Origin: Bugula neritina
Taxonomy: Eukaryota > Animalia > Bryozoa
Length of the DNA stretch: 64,000 nt
Direction: 5' to 3'
Assembly: GCA_964035545.1 (NCBI GenBank)
Contig: OZ037771.1
Coordinates: 10,668,480 to 10,732,479, forward strand
Part shown: positions 25,601 through 35,935 of the stretch, piece after piece
Layout of the letters: each line of letters starts with the position of its first letter
How positions within the stretch are numbered: position 1 is the first letter of the stretch
Program-made: the position numbers and the translations under genes
The notes under the pieces: generated by a model
What the model saw: the letters and a program-made list of their open reading frames with translations, nothing else
What the model was told of the DNA's origin: nothing
Database searches by the model: none

Positions 25601-28600
25601 AGCATTACGAGCTTGGTTTGGATTAACCGCTCAAAATGCTTGCGTGCAACTGCAGGGGCTTAGGCAAAATCCTAAGACCAACCTGCGAGAGCATGCTACC
25701 GCAGTCGAACGACTGGCACAAGTCGCCTACGGTGACTTGCCTGCTGATAGTCGACAGAGCCTAGCACTGGATGCATTCCTCCAGTCTATTAACAACCTCG
25801 GTCTGAAACAGCATCTGCTGGTGGCCGAAGTTGAGACTATGGAGAGAGCTCTAAGGCTTGGGAATGCCTATTTTTAAGCCGACAGTGCGTGTCGACCTGG
25901 TGCGACGATACAGCAGGTCGGAGCAGACGACGACGTGTCGACGTCGCCGGCGAAGACAGCTGTACATGTCGCCTCGGCAGCAACAGACAAATTGACTAGC
26001 TTGACCACAAGCTTGATTCAAAAACTGCTAGCCGAGATCAGGCAACTGCGCCAGCAGTCGACAGCTGAGCGACCCAGGAGGTCGTCGGTAGCTGTCGACG
26101 ACAGGCGCCGCCCCGTATGCTGGGGCTGTGGTAGTGGTGGGCACTTCATACAAAGTTGCCCCCGCGGTAATGGGAGACAGTTGAACAGCAACGGCCCACG
26201 GTAACTTCCGCCAACCGTGGGCCCCAGTTTAACCCCCCAAGGCAGAGGCCAAGGCCCAAACCCCACCGGGTGAGGAGGCCGCCTTCGCCAGAGTGGCAAG
26301 CCCCAAGGAGAGTTTGCAGGCCGCAAGGCCCACCAAAACCTCTGGCTTGGGCACTCAAAAACCGCTTTGAAGGTTTGCTTGATGAGGGAGTGAACGACGA
26401 GTGGGAGCAAAACAGGGATTTTCCTCGGTTGCCCACACGAGCATCAGTCCGAGAATTCACTCGGCTGCCCATGTGTAAGCGAGACCGAGACGTAACCTGC
26501 CAGCCCCTGCGACGTCGACGACCCCCTCGCAACCGAAAAGCACAGGTGCATCCCCAACTCCATGCACATGAAGTGTCGCCTCAAGAGACGAACTGCTCAG
26601 TGAGCGCTCAGCCATATGGAAGCAGCTATTTCCTCCCCGGCAAACTTGCCGGCAAAGCTGTCACGTTCCTGTTGGATACTGGGTGCACCACAAATCTACT
26701 GAGTCGGCGTCTATTCGACACTCTCAGTGCCAGGGAGAGGGCTAGCCTAGAACCATATGAAGGGGAACGTTGGCGGACGGGTCGTGTATTCCTTTCTATG
26801 GGGTAATCTAGTTGACTGGTAGAGTCCATGATCAGACGATCAGTGAGACCTTCATCGTCAGTCAACTCAAGGATGATGCCATCTTGGGCATGCCATTTCT
26901 GAAGCGACACAGGTGGTACATCGACTTTAGCAAGTCGGCGGTAGTGATGGCCGGGCGTGAGCTGGCCTGTGTCGACCGATTTGGCCGACCCTTTGTGGGG
27001 GGAGTGCAGGTGGTACAGCGTTGCACTGTACCTGGGCGCTCCTGGGCTACAGTTCGCCGCAGAGTGAACTGTAGCGAAATCTCCGAGTTAGGAGTGGTGG
27101 AAGGTGCACTGGGGGGCGTCCAGCTCGCTAACAGTCTGAATAGGCTGGATGAGCCGGGGGAGTTCCTAGTCCAGTGCGTAAACCCTTTCACGGAGCCGGT
27201 AGAATTGCCGGCTGGGTCTCTAGTGGGGAAGTTCCACTCCGTACAAGAGGAGGATGTAGGGCCTGCGCTGGAGACGGCGGACGAAGCCCGTGGGGTACCC
27301 ACTAGAAACGGCAGGGGGCCGGTGCCTGAACACGTAGCGGAGTTGTACGAGGATGCCTGTGATGGCTGCGAGAGTAAGCGAGAACGCCTGGTGATGGCGC
27401 GGCTACTCTCTGAGTACAAGGACGTGTTCAGTTGCGGCGACCATGACATGGGTCTGACTAAGACTGTCTGTCATGAGATACCCCTGGCGGCGGGGACGGC
27501 GCCCATCCGGCAGCTGACCCGCCGGTTAGGTCCTGAGAAGGAGAGAGAAAAAGTGAGCCGTCAGGTGCAAGACTTTCTGAACCGGGACCTAATTGAGCCA
27601 GGCCATGGGGCCTGGAGTTCTCCAGTCGTCCTGGTTTGGAAAAAGAATGGTAGCTGGAGGTTTTGCATTGACTATCGCAGGCTGAACAGTGTCACCATCC
27701 AGGACGCTTAACCTCTTCCTTGGATCGATGAGTCGCTCGATGTCTTAGCTGGTAGCAAGTTCTTCAGCACGTTGGACTTGCTAAGCGGGTATTGGCAGGT
27801 GCCCCTGAGTCCTGAAGCACAGGACAAGGCCGCGTTTATAACGCGGGATGGGCTCTGGAAATGGAAGGTGTTGCCATTCAGACTTACGTCCGCACCGGCC
27901 CCCTTCCAGCAACTCATGGAGCAGGTCCTGAGTGGGCTGCATTAGAAGACCTTGCTCATCTATCTCGATGATGTCATTGTCATCTCCCCCGACTTCGACA
28001 CACATGTCAGTCGACTCAGGGAGGTGTTTGACAGGCTTCGAGCTGCGGGTCTGAAGCTCAAGCCCTCTAAGTGTGCATTATTGCAACGCGAGGTTAAGTA
28101 CCTGGGCCATGTAGTTGGTCGAGACGGGGTCGCCACCGACCCCGAGAAGGTACAGGCTGTGAGGGACTGGGCTGTCCCTGTCGACCTCCCTGAATTGCGG
28201 GCATTCCTGGGACTGGTAGGGTACTATCGTCAGTACATACCAGACTTCGCCGGAATTGCACAGCCGTTAAATCGGCTGACAGCAAAGGGTGTGCGATGGC
28301 AGTGGACGCAGGCCGAGCAGAAGGCATTTGACCACCTGAAGGATCGCCTGGTGGAAGCACCCATCTTGGCGTATCCTGACCCTGCGAAGGAGTACATTTT
28401 GGATACTGATGCCAGTAACCATAATGTGGAGGCTGTGCTATCGCAGGTCCAAGATGGTCGCGAGGTGGTGGTGGCTTACTATAGCAAGGCCCTGTCGGCG
28501 CCTGAGAAGAACTACTGTACAACCAGGAGGGAACTCTTGGCAGTAGTCAAGGCGGTCAAACACTTTAGACCATATCTATATGGGCGCACATTCCGTCTTC

Positions 28601-31600
28601 GGACGGATCATGCGTCTTTAATATGGCTGTGTCGACGGGCGGAACCATCAAGCCAAGTAGCGCGCTGGCTAGAGATCCTGGCAGAGTTTTCTTATCGGAT
28701 CGAACATCGACCCGGTAAGAAACACGGTAATGCCGATGGACTCAGCCGCCGCCAGGTAGATGGGTGTAAGCAATGCCAGAATATTGAGCGCAGGGACGGT
28801 GGACCCCCTCGCTCGGACGTTGAAGCGCAGTTGGGGAAAGCGGCTGTATACAGCTGGGAAGAAGGGCAACTCCTGTCCGAATCTCCTAACGAAGCTGTTA
28901 ACAACCTTCACTCAAACCCCACGTTGCTCAGGAACGTCAGGGAGCTATGTCAGCTCCAGGCTACGCTACCAGGGGTGGTAGCTGACCTAGTCCGGGCCAA
29001 GAAGGAGGAACGGCGGCCGAGTGAGGCCAAACAGCAAGTGAAGAGTGCAGAGTTTAAGTATTTCTGTGACTGCTGGGACTCCCTCAGGTTCAACAGCAAT
29101 GGACTGCTAACGATCACGTTGGCAGCCGGCACCAATCGCAGTGAACGAGAGAGGGTAGTCTGCCCGTCTGCTCTGAGGCGGGAGTTGATCTGGGACACCC
29201 ATAGGCAAGCTCACGCGGGAGCTAGCCAGGTGACTAGGTGTCTTCAACTCTAGTGGTTTTGGCCCGGTATGACCCGGGATGTCCGACTCCGGGTGCGGAA
29301 GTGCGAGGTGTGCCAAGCCAGCAAGCATGGCCGCCCCACTGAGACCGCAGAAAGGCGTCGCCTCCATGCCGGTCGTCCGTGGCAGGTAGTTGCTGTCGAT
29401 CTGGTAGGCCCCATGCCCACAACCGCGAGAGGTAATAACTGGATACTGGTATTAACTGACCATTTCACGCGGTGGGCTGATGCACTGGCTATTCCAGATG
29501 CGTCGGCCCCCACGGTGGCCAGAGCCTTGGATCAGCAGGTGTTCTACTATTTCGGCTTGCCGGAGCAGATACACTCTGATCAAGGCGCCCAGTTTCAGTC
29601 GCAACTTATGAGCGATCTCTGTAAAATGTGGGGGGTAAACCATAGTCGGACGACCCCGTATCACCCGCAAGGGAACGGGGTTGTGGAGCGGAACAACCAA
29701 ATGCTAGGGGACTCTCTGAGAAGCCTGCTCATCGGTAGGAGCCAGGAAGAGTGGAACTTGGTGCTGCCGCAGATCATGCGAGCGTGCCGTAGTACCCCTC
29801 ACTCCAGTACACTGGAGACCCCTAATTTTCTCATGCTGGGGAGAGATTCAAGGGTTCCTGAGCACGTAACCTATCATGTTCCGGCTCCCGAGAGCAATAT
29901 CCACGATTACGTGGAGAAGCTCGTAAAACGCATGGGGACGGCTCACGAGGTGCTACGTGAGCAGCAGTGGCAGGTCAGAAGCGTGACTCTGACGACCCCC
30001 CTTATATAAGATGGGAGACTGGGTCTGGATGACCAGTCATTGCCGACGGCGCGGACAGGCAGCCAAGTTGCAGCCGAAGTTCGTAGGACCCTACTGCGTA
30101 ATTGAGGTAATGCCAAATCACACCTATAAAGTGGAACGATCTGGACAAGTGTCGATCCAGAACGAGGCACGGCTGAAACCTCACTGGGCAAGTCCTGACC
30201 CGGCAGGTCAAACACCTCCTCTCTTAGAGCCCGCTAGACGCCTTCCTATGAGGGGGCGAGGCATGGCGTATAAGGAGATTGAGGAGATACTGCCAGATCA
30301 GGACGGGGCGGCTGACGCGCCGCCCAACCAGTCCCAGCCACCTCCACCCCAGGAGGAGGAGGCCGACACACCAGAAGACCTGTCAGAGCCGGCCCCACCA
30401 CCTGTGGAGCCGGTCGACAGGCCCATCGCCCCGGATGAGATGGAAATTCCTCAAAATCATGAGGAAGAGGCAGCTGGGGGAGGACCACCCGTAATGGTGA
30501 ACCCCCCCGTACTGGCGACACCACCCGTGGTGGAAGAGTCGCCAGTCGCAGCAAATTCCCCGGTACCGTTGGACTGTAGCCAACGTACCAGGGCGCCACC
30601 ATCTTATTTGCGAGACTTCTTGTGTGACTTGGTCGACATGCACAGTATTCTGTAGCATGTCAACATGCACAAAGAAGTCTGGGGGAGCGAGGTAATTGAT
30701 AACATGCTACCCAGTGGCGGATTGAATAGGTCAGCCGGGGGTCAGCAGAGCGTAGCCAACTCAACAGCGTATAGGGTATTACATAACCTCTCTAGCTGTG
30801 AGCGCTCTTTTCAATTGCAACCAGCAAACAGGCAGCACGTTTTTTGCAGTAAACAATTTGGCTATCTACGAGCCCTAAGAAAACAGCAGCAACATTATGT
30901 CTTATGCAGCAACTGTTTTGGGGGTAAGTCTACTAGAAATTCTATGATAATTAATTTAATTAATTAGAATTTACTCTGGTAGCGACAGCAGTCTCGCTTT
31001 ATCATAATGATAAAGTTGAAACTCCTGACACCAAACGATATTTTGATAGTTAGAGTGGGACGGTCGACTCAACTGGTTACACGATCAGTTAGTGACAGAC
31101 TGTGAGACTCGATTATCAGTATCGTTTGGAACGGGAGTCCCACGCATAGAGTGTGATTCAGATGAATTTAAATACTCTATTGCAGGTAAGACTGAGTCTG
31201 TATCCGACGAGATACAGGCACTACTCGACACACCAACGACTAACTGGGACAGCATGTCAGAGGCAGGGGTAGACATGCTGTCCGACGTACACCTGCCAAC
31301 ACTGACGGACTTACCGACAATAACTGACAGACATACTGCAATGCAACTGGACATACCCGACTTGACCGAAACCACTGACAGGACTATAGCGCTGCCCCAA
31401 GCACTACTTCGACGGACGAACTGGACTACTCGACGGACTCGTACACTAATCCAAGCACTTATAGGGACAGACGACAACAGACAATGCGCGGAGTGCAGAC
31501 GAACCTTATCGACTATGAAAAGACTGAAGATACATATTCCCCAACATTTCACTGTGACTTTCTGCCCCTGTGGAGTCCACCATTTCTGCAGGGACACCAT

Positions 31601-34600
31601 ACTACACCACCAGAGAACTCAAGACTGTTATGTAGGACACCTATATAAAGTTGACGCAGACTCTTACACCGAATTTCGAGACCTAATCCTACCCCACGTG
31701 ACTGACCCGGACCGACGGCAGACCCTCCTAGACCACTTCCCCGCTACCCGACCCACAGTAGAGAGTGACTCCGACGCAGACCCCCAACCCACAGAGATGA
31801 CGACACACACCTCCGACGTAGCTATTCAACCCCTACGTGTTATTGTAACCCGTGCTGGACGCACTGTAGCTGACGACTCACACCCCCCAACAACGACGAT
31901 CTCCTATGTACCCCGACATACTCGCAAGAAGAGGAAGGGTGCTAGCCACACACCCCGAGATGACAGCGACCCTGACCAGTCCCTGCTAACTGACATTAAG
32001 AAAGTGCAACGGCGTATGGCTCGCCTCAGTAAAGAACAGAAGCGAGCGGCCACTGAGCTGGCTAAGTTGCAGACTCGACTGGAGAGACGACTGGCCAGGA
32101 AGTGATAGAGATGCGGTCACCCCCCCCCCTCTTAGACTGAGTAATGTAAATAGATAGGTGTTATGGACTATGCGAGTAAAGACTTGATTATTCTACTTAT
32201 ACTATTCTGTACTGTACAGGGATGTAGTGGTACCCATACGGTCCCATACGCCGTATGGCCTAGAAGAAAATAGACTGTTCTAGGCCATACGCCCGTATGG
32301 GCATAATTATTTTTGAAAGATGATTAGTGCACAGAATAGTTTTGGCATCCCCACTGAGAATATCATAAATTTCGCTCACAATCTAATTTAAGTTCTTGTT
32401 ATGTTAATGCTATGTGGGTGGCATGCGTGTTGCCTGCTTGTGATTGTTTAGCCTGAGATTACACTATGAATAATATGCAGCTATCAACATTCCATCTTCT
32501 TATCTCTATGTGTTCACTGAAGCACGAAGTGCTGTGCATTGGTGATTACTAAGGGAAAAACCTTTTATTTTCAGTGTATAAATCACTAACTTGTAGAAAA
32601 TCTATGATGGCTATTAAAAAGATCAAAAGATTTGCCATGCATAAATTTATCAGGTTTCCGACAGTGTTTGTTCTATTCGAATACCATGCTTTCCTGATGA
32701 GATATTTGGCAGGGATTAAAAAATAAATTTTTCAGGTAAAATTGGCCAAAAATAGGTAGATTTATGTCTAACTTTGCAAAAAAATATTGAAAACTCAAAA
32801 AAGCAGGTGCTCTGAGGAACAGGAAGATCTAAAACATGGTTTTTAAATTTTAATTCTAGCACAATTAAGTGAGGTTTTATTTTGCTGGACTGAATTCTTA
32901 TAATATACCAATAATGTGGCCTCAGCAAAGCAGTGACAGCTAGAAGGTTGCCCTTATCTACCTTGTGTAGACTTGCATTTTGTCAATAAGCAATGGAATT
33001 TGGAAAAAACCAACATGAAATTCAGAAATAGAATCAAAATGTCTTCAAGAAAAAGTACCAGGTGTGTAGGAAAGGCTAATGAAAATTTATCACTGAGGTC
33101 TACAGGTACTATATTCACATTTTGGTCAAAAACCTAGCGTTTTTTACATGTTAATTATTAATGCAATAAGGTTTTGCAAATTGTAAACCACCATAGGTAA
33201 CCTTTTATGTTTGATTGTACTAACGTCTGGCTTTACATTTAATTATCTTCTAGGTTAACACATAATATTAAGCCTGTCAAATTTGTTCTTTTGATGTATA
33301 TTTCCTTGATGTATCTAGTGGAAGCTCAGGGGTTTTATTTTAAAACCAAGTTAACATACTCTTCTTGGGTGTGCTTTATGGTGTGTAAGGAGGTGTGGCT
33401 GTATCACCTTATGGATTAGACTAGTACTCTAATAAACTCCAAATAGGTTTTCAACCAATTTCTGCTTGTCAATAAGTTATCAATTCAAACTGCTCTTTAT
33501 AAATAACCAGCACACATTTCCTGATTAGCAATCTTCCTCTGTTCTGATCTATTATTCTTTTTCTGTGCACGACAGTGTATTAGTTATTTAAAGTAATCAG
33601 GTTGCATTTGGAGAGCACTTGTTACATGCTTCTATCCTTCCATCTTTTTGAGATATTCAGCAATTTTTCTGTACAGGTTGGACTTAGTGTCAGAACAAAC
33701 CTAACTGCAGTTAAGTAAGACTACATTACATTACATTACAGTAAACAGGTATGGGAGACAATACTGAATATTTATATAGTTTGCAGCAATGCCCATGCAG
33801 TCGTCATGTAGCTGGTATGGTATGAAAATAATAGCGAGGTGCACATTTCAACACAAATTTTTTTCAGAAGAATTATAATTCACAATGGCTTTAAATTGCA
33901 TAAATTTGCATCAGAAGCGCTCTGAAGGCTTCGGCGGCGCTGCCCCGGACCCCGCAGGGGGCCTGGGCGGCCCCCTGAACCCCCGGCTTGAGAGTATGGC
34001 CTAGAATATTTTTGCCACTACATCCCTGGTACTGTATATATATATTCTTTTTCCAGTTGTGTATATCTCTAGTTTTGTAAAACCCTATGTTATTTCCAAC
34101 CGTTATCTTGTTTTATTATTGTCATGTAAATAGTAATCATAGAGTGTATCTTTCGATAAGTGTGGAGAGTGTAATGGATTTCACTGGTGCAATTTATGTT
34201 AGTATTATATTGAAAGGGTTGGCTCTATATTGTATGCTATAGTGGAGTTCGACTACATCGATCTCCTGCGACTTGTAGCTATGGCCAACAGTGGCACCAC
34301 TAGTAACGACCAATCAGGACTGACATTCTAATTGATAGCAGGTGGAGCTAGCTACTCGTAGCGGAAGCAGCTGAGTAGCTAGCCAGGCAGAGCAGCTTGG
34401 GACTTCGTTTAGAGTAGTTGTGTATTAAAGCTCACTTATTATGTAATCGTTTCTATTCATGTTTAGCAGTAATTAGAACTTCTTGTATCGTGTAAATAAT
34501 AAACTTATCATAGCGTAAACAACCTGGTGTAGTGGCTTTGTTTAAGTTGACCCACACATAATATAGTGAATTGCGAAATTCCCTACAATATCAACACTAA

Positions 34601-35470
34601 AGAGAAATATTCACTAGGATTTGCTCACTAAATTAATTATAAAATACTGCAGATGTATACAGAGAGAACCTGAACTTATGTTAGGTACTACAAAATTTTG
34701 TCAACTTTGTTCATTATTCACAGTAGGACAAAGATAAAAATCGTATATAATGCAAAAAAGTGCCTTTGCTAAAATATCAACTGTATAGAAAATAAGCCTT
34801 TGCTAAAAATTACGAATGTTGGATGAATTGTGTGATTGCATATGAAGCTTGGTTTGCATAGAACAAGATTTAGAAACCAACTTAAATGCTCCCTAAACTA
34901 ACTAGATGTGCACCATTCACCATGCAGTATCAGCATCTGAAGTAAATTGTAAAGCAGTTGCTGTTAAAAAATGATTTAAAAGGAAAAATCTAGCCACAAT
35001 CAACATAGACTAATCACATCACCTCTTAAATTGCACTAATCACATAGACTAGAGAGCTAATTAGCCACCAATGTCCTTGCCAAAAGAGCTAAACTGTGCT
35101 ACAGAATAATTTGTTTGCTTGATTTGCTCCTTTAATTTTTTTCTCCACGCCTTTTTGTCTATGTGTTTTGTGTGTGTTCTCTTGTGTGTACTTTCTCTAC
35201 TACATCCTCTAGCTGTTGCAAAATTTTGCCTTACTTATTAAATGACACAAGACAACATTACATATATAGCATACCATTAAAAAATATTATGCAATATAAT
35301 ATTATATATTACACTATATAACATATTATGAAAGGGAATACTATATAATACAACAATATATTATGTAATATCATGTAATACAATAAAAATAAATGTAGTA
35401 TAAATACCATTACTCTTTTAGAAGCGCTGCTAGTGCCAGCTTCTTCATTTGACTTTCTATCAATTGACAT
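1601..35470 (-). CDS. SAMHD1: SAMHD1-like HD-domain dNTP triphosphohydrolase (SAM-less), multi-exon, continues beyond window start
   Basis: Phase-consistent GT-AG exons: 35470-35414 ([19 protein letters not shown]; least certain), 24386-24267 ([14 protein letters not shown]...[12 protein letters not shown]), 23615-23463 ([17 protein letters not shown]), 21018-20788 ([18 protein letters not shown]), 20483-20369 ([29 protein letters not shown]), 5500-5351 (TRYSLHKH), 2916-2762 (AYQH...YTNLHD), 1703-1601 ([15 protein letters not shown]). About 361 codons with no stops. The metal ligands H...HD...D are intact. Confidence 0.93.
1785..2612. repeat. ~23-bp intronic minisatellite (tactaatactgtactgtRtataa)n
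   Basis: More than 30 tandem units in the intron between SAMHD1-like exons at 2762 and 1703. Confidence 0.95.
6040..6424 (-). repeat. 26-29-bp minisatellite of repeated 5' splice-site motif (left part; resumes at 20304-20368)
   Basis: Unit tatacttaccatcctaKcacatgtag(tac). About 15 units here and 2-3 more after the Maverick, ending at the real exon donor at 20368. Confidence 0.92.
7265..7960 (+). pseudogene. Possible BEL/Pao gag N-terminal remnant inside the Maverick
   Basis: [15 protein letters not shown]...[11 protein letters not shown]...[18 protein letters not shown] resembles the helical N-terminus of BEL/Pao Gag. In-frame stop at 7466-7468. No LTR pair found. Confidence 0.4.
8217..8891 (+). 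mobile_element. RTE-clade LINE 3' fragment (RT C-terminus)
   Basis: FKYLGTII...[45 protein letters not shown]...[11 protein letters not shown]...[10 protein letters not shown]. One frameshift near 8405. Confidence 0.9.
9649..9792 (+). pseudogene. Short basic Maverick ORF remnant ending [16 protein letters not shown] just upstream of the MCP
   Basis: 47 codons, basic C-terminus ending in DIF, 2 bp before the MCP ATG. Resembles the small basic core-protein genes that precede the capsid gene in Mavericks. Confidence 0.45.
10280..10297 (+). promoter_or_regulatory. Primer-binding site complementary to the tRNA-Leu 3' end (same at 25276-25293; variant at 39237)
   Basis: TGGTGGCAGCGGTGGGAT is the reverse complement of ATCCCACCGCTGCCA-CCA, the 3' end of metazoan tRNA-Leu(AAG/TAG). 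It sits 1 nt after the 5' LTR. Confidence 0.88.
10312..11179 (+). pseudogene. Gypsy copy 1 gag (1-nt frameshift near 10430)
   Basis: METENARM...LKAPI[+1][14 protein letters not shown] joins ORF 10484-11179. Aligns with copy 2 gag ([19 protein letters not shown]). Confidence 0.85.
11128..11171 (+). promoter_or_regulatory. Putative -1 programmed ribosomal frameshift signal (gag-pol)
   Basis: G_TTA_AAC in the gag frame, 6-nt spacer, 9-bp stem GGCCCGCGG/CCGCGGGCC with a 13-nt loop. The -1 frame is open into the pre-protease region. Confidence 0.8.
11128..15747 (+). pseudogene. Gypsy copy 1 pol (protease, dUTPase-like insert, RT, RNase H, integrase)
   Basis: LLDSG protease, YLDD RT, TDAS/TDH RNase H, HHCC + DDE + GPY integrase. 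Frameshifts at the G-run near 11475 and near 12525. RNase H Glu appears as Lys (13408-13410). Confidence 0.95.
16045..17595 (+). pseudogene. Gypsy copy 1 ORF3: C2H2 zinc-finger/coiled-coil protein, interrupted by a MITE
   Basis: Removing 16324-17078 and one TA restores CRLC-x12[16 protein letters not shown]|[20 protein letters not shown]...RKRHR...[18 protein letters not shown]. Homologous to 31092-32105. Confidence 0.85.
16324..17078. mobile_element. Tc1/mariner-type MITE (TA target duplication)
   Basis: TIR CACAAGATAGTTAAGGGCA / TGCCCTTAACTATCCTGTG, flanked by TA at 16322-16323 and 17079-17080. A related copy lies at ~32330-32967. Confidence 0.9.
19285..19812 (+). pseudogene. Maverick adenain-family cysteine protease remnant
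   Basis: ATGA overlap with the MCP stop. FLGVLPID...[14 protein letters not shown]...YFNSFG...[16 protein letters not shown] matches the adenain layout (INT..GEHW, YFDSFG, S..CG.YC) with catalytic His, Asp and Cys all altered and internal stops. Confidence 0.8.
21105..23169. repeat. Long foldback inverted repeat (arms ~21105-21590 and ~22688-23169), probable non-autonomous DNA transposon
   Basis: Arms of ~485 bp are near-exact reverse complements (e.g. gtgtgcagggacacgtgcaaacgtgttaaactg / cagtttaacacgtttgcacgtgtccctgcacac). Spacer of ~1.1 kb includes a MITE end near 22014. Confidence 0.88.
25330..30655 (+). pseudogene. Gypsy copy 2 gag-pol, disrupted
   Basis: ORF fragments 25330-26204 (gag), 26270-27711 (PR and start of RT), 27952-29253 (RT/RH), 29269-30655 (IN) are colinear with copy 1. 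Confidence 0.93.
31092..32105 (+). CDS. Gypsy copy 2 ORF3: uninterrupted C2H2 zinc-finger/basic/coiled-coil protein
   Basis: 337 open codons. CAEC-x12[14 protein letters not shown]12[11 protein letters not shown], RKKRK, and C-terminal heptads [37 protein letters not shown]. First ATG at 31254. Confidence 0.8.
   Translation: MTDCETRLSVSFGTGVPRIECDSDEFKYSIAGKTESVSDEIQALLDTPTTNWDSMSEAGVDMLSDVHLPTLTDLPTITDRHTAMQLDIPDLTETTDRTIALPQALLRRTNWTTRRTRTLIQALIGTDDNRQCAECRRTLSTMKRLKIHIPQHFTVTFCPCGVHHFCRDTILHHQRTQDCYVGHLYKVDADSYTEFRDLILPHVTDPDRRQTLLDHFPATRPTVESDSDADPQPTEMTTHTSDVAIQPLRVIVTRAGRTVADDSHPPTTTISYVPRHTRKKRKGASHTPRDDSDPDQSLLTDIKKVQRRMARLSKEQKRAATELAKLQTRLERRLARK
32217..34028. mobile_element. Non-autonomous hAT element inserted in the Gypsy copy 2 3' UTR
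   Basis: TIR CAGGGATGTAGTGG / CCACTACATCCCTG. 8-bp TSD GTACTGTA (32209-32216 and 34029-34036). Subterminal CCATACG/CGTATGG motifs. Contains a diverged copy of the TA-MITE (~32330-32967). Confidence 0.9.
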
Positions 35471-35935
35471 GCTTTCTGAGTTTATCTGCAAATACAATAA
35501 AAAAATTATACTCGCAGTTTTATAAAATTCAACTGCCTTAAATAAAATGTGATGTTTGTTTTCTGTGCAATTATTCAATGCGCTAAATGTTTAAAAAGCA
35601 TAATATTGTTAAACATACCTTTGAGTTCAAAGCAACCAGTATTACTTGTTATATATTATGAATGAAGCTACTTATATACATTGTTATTTCTATTATTCAA
35701 TAATATACCTGTTTGTTTTTTTTTATCACATTACACAGTTCAGAAATTATCATTTTAAATCAATCAACTAATCAATAATGAAGTAGATTATTGTTAAAAT
35801 GACTAGGCCTTATTCAGATTTTATGAGAACATTTCCACACAAAGGAGTCAATAAATAATAAAGAGTATTTTTGTATTCAACTTATTGATGCAGTCTATAT
35901 GTCTAGCAAGTAATGAGCAAGTTACTATGTAAGTT

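Larger units (their letters stand above)
24857..34587 (+). mobile_element. Ty3/Gypsy LTR retrotransposon copy 2 (related subfamily, older)
   Basis: 418-bp LTRs at 24857-25274 and 34170-34587 (about 15 differences by eye). TSD ATAT (24853-24856 and 34588-34591). tRNA-Leu PBS. Gag with [14 protein letters not shown] knuckle. Pol with stops at 27709, 27943, 29251 and frameshifts. Confidence 0.97.
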
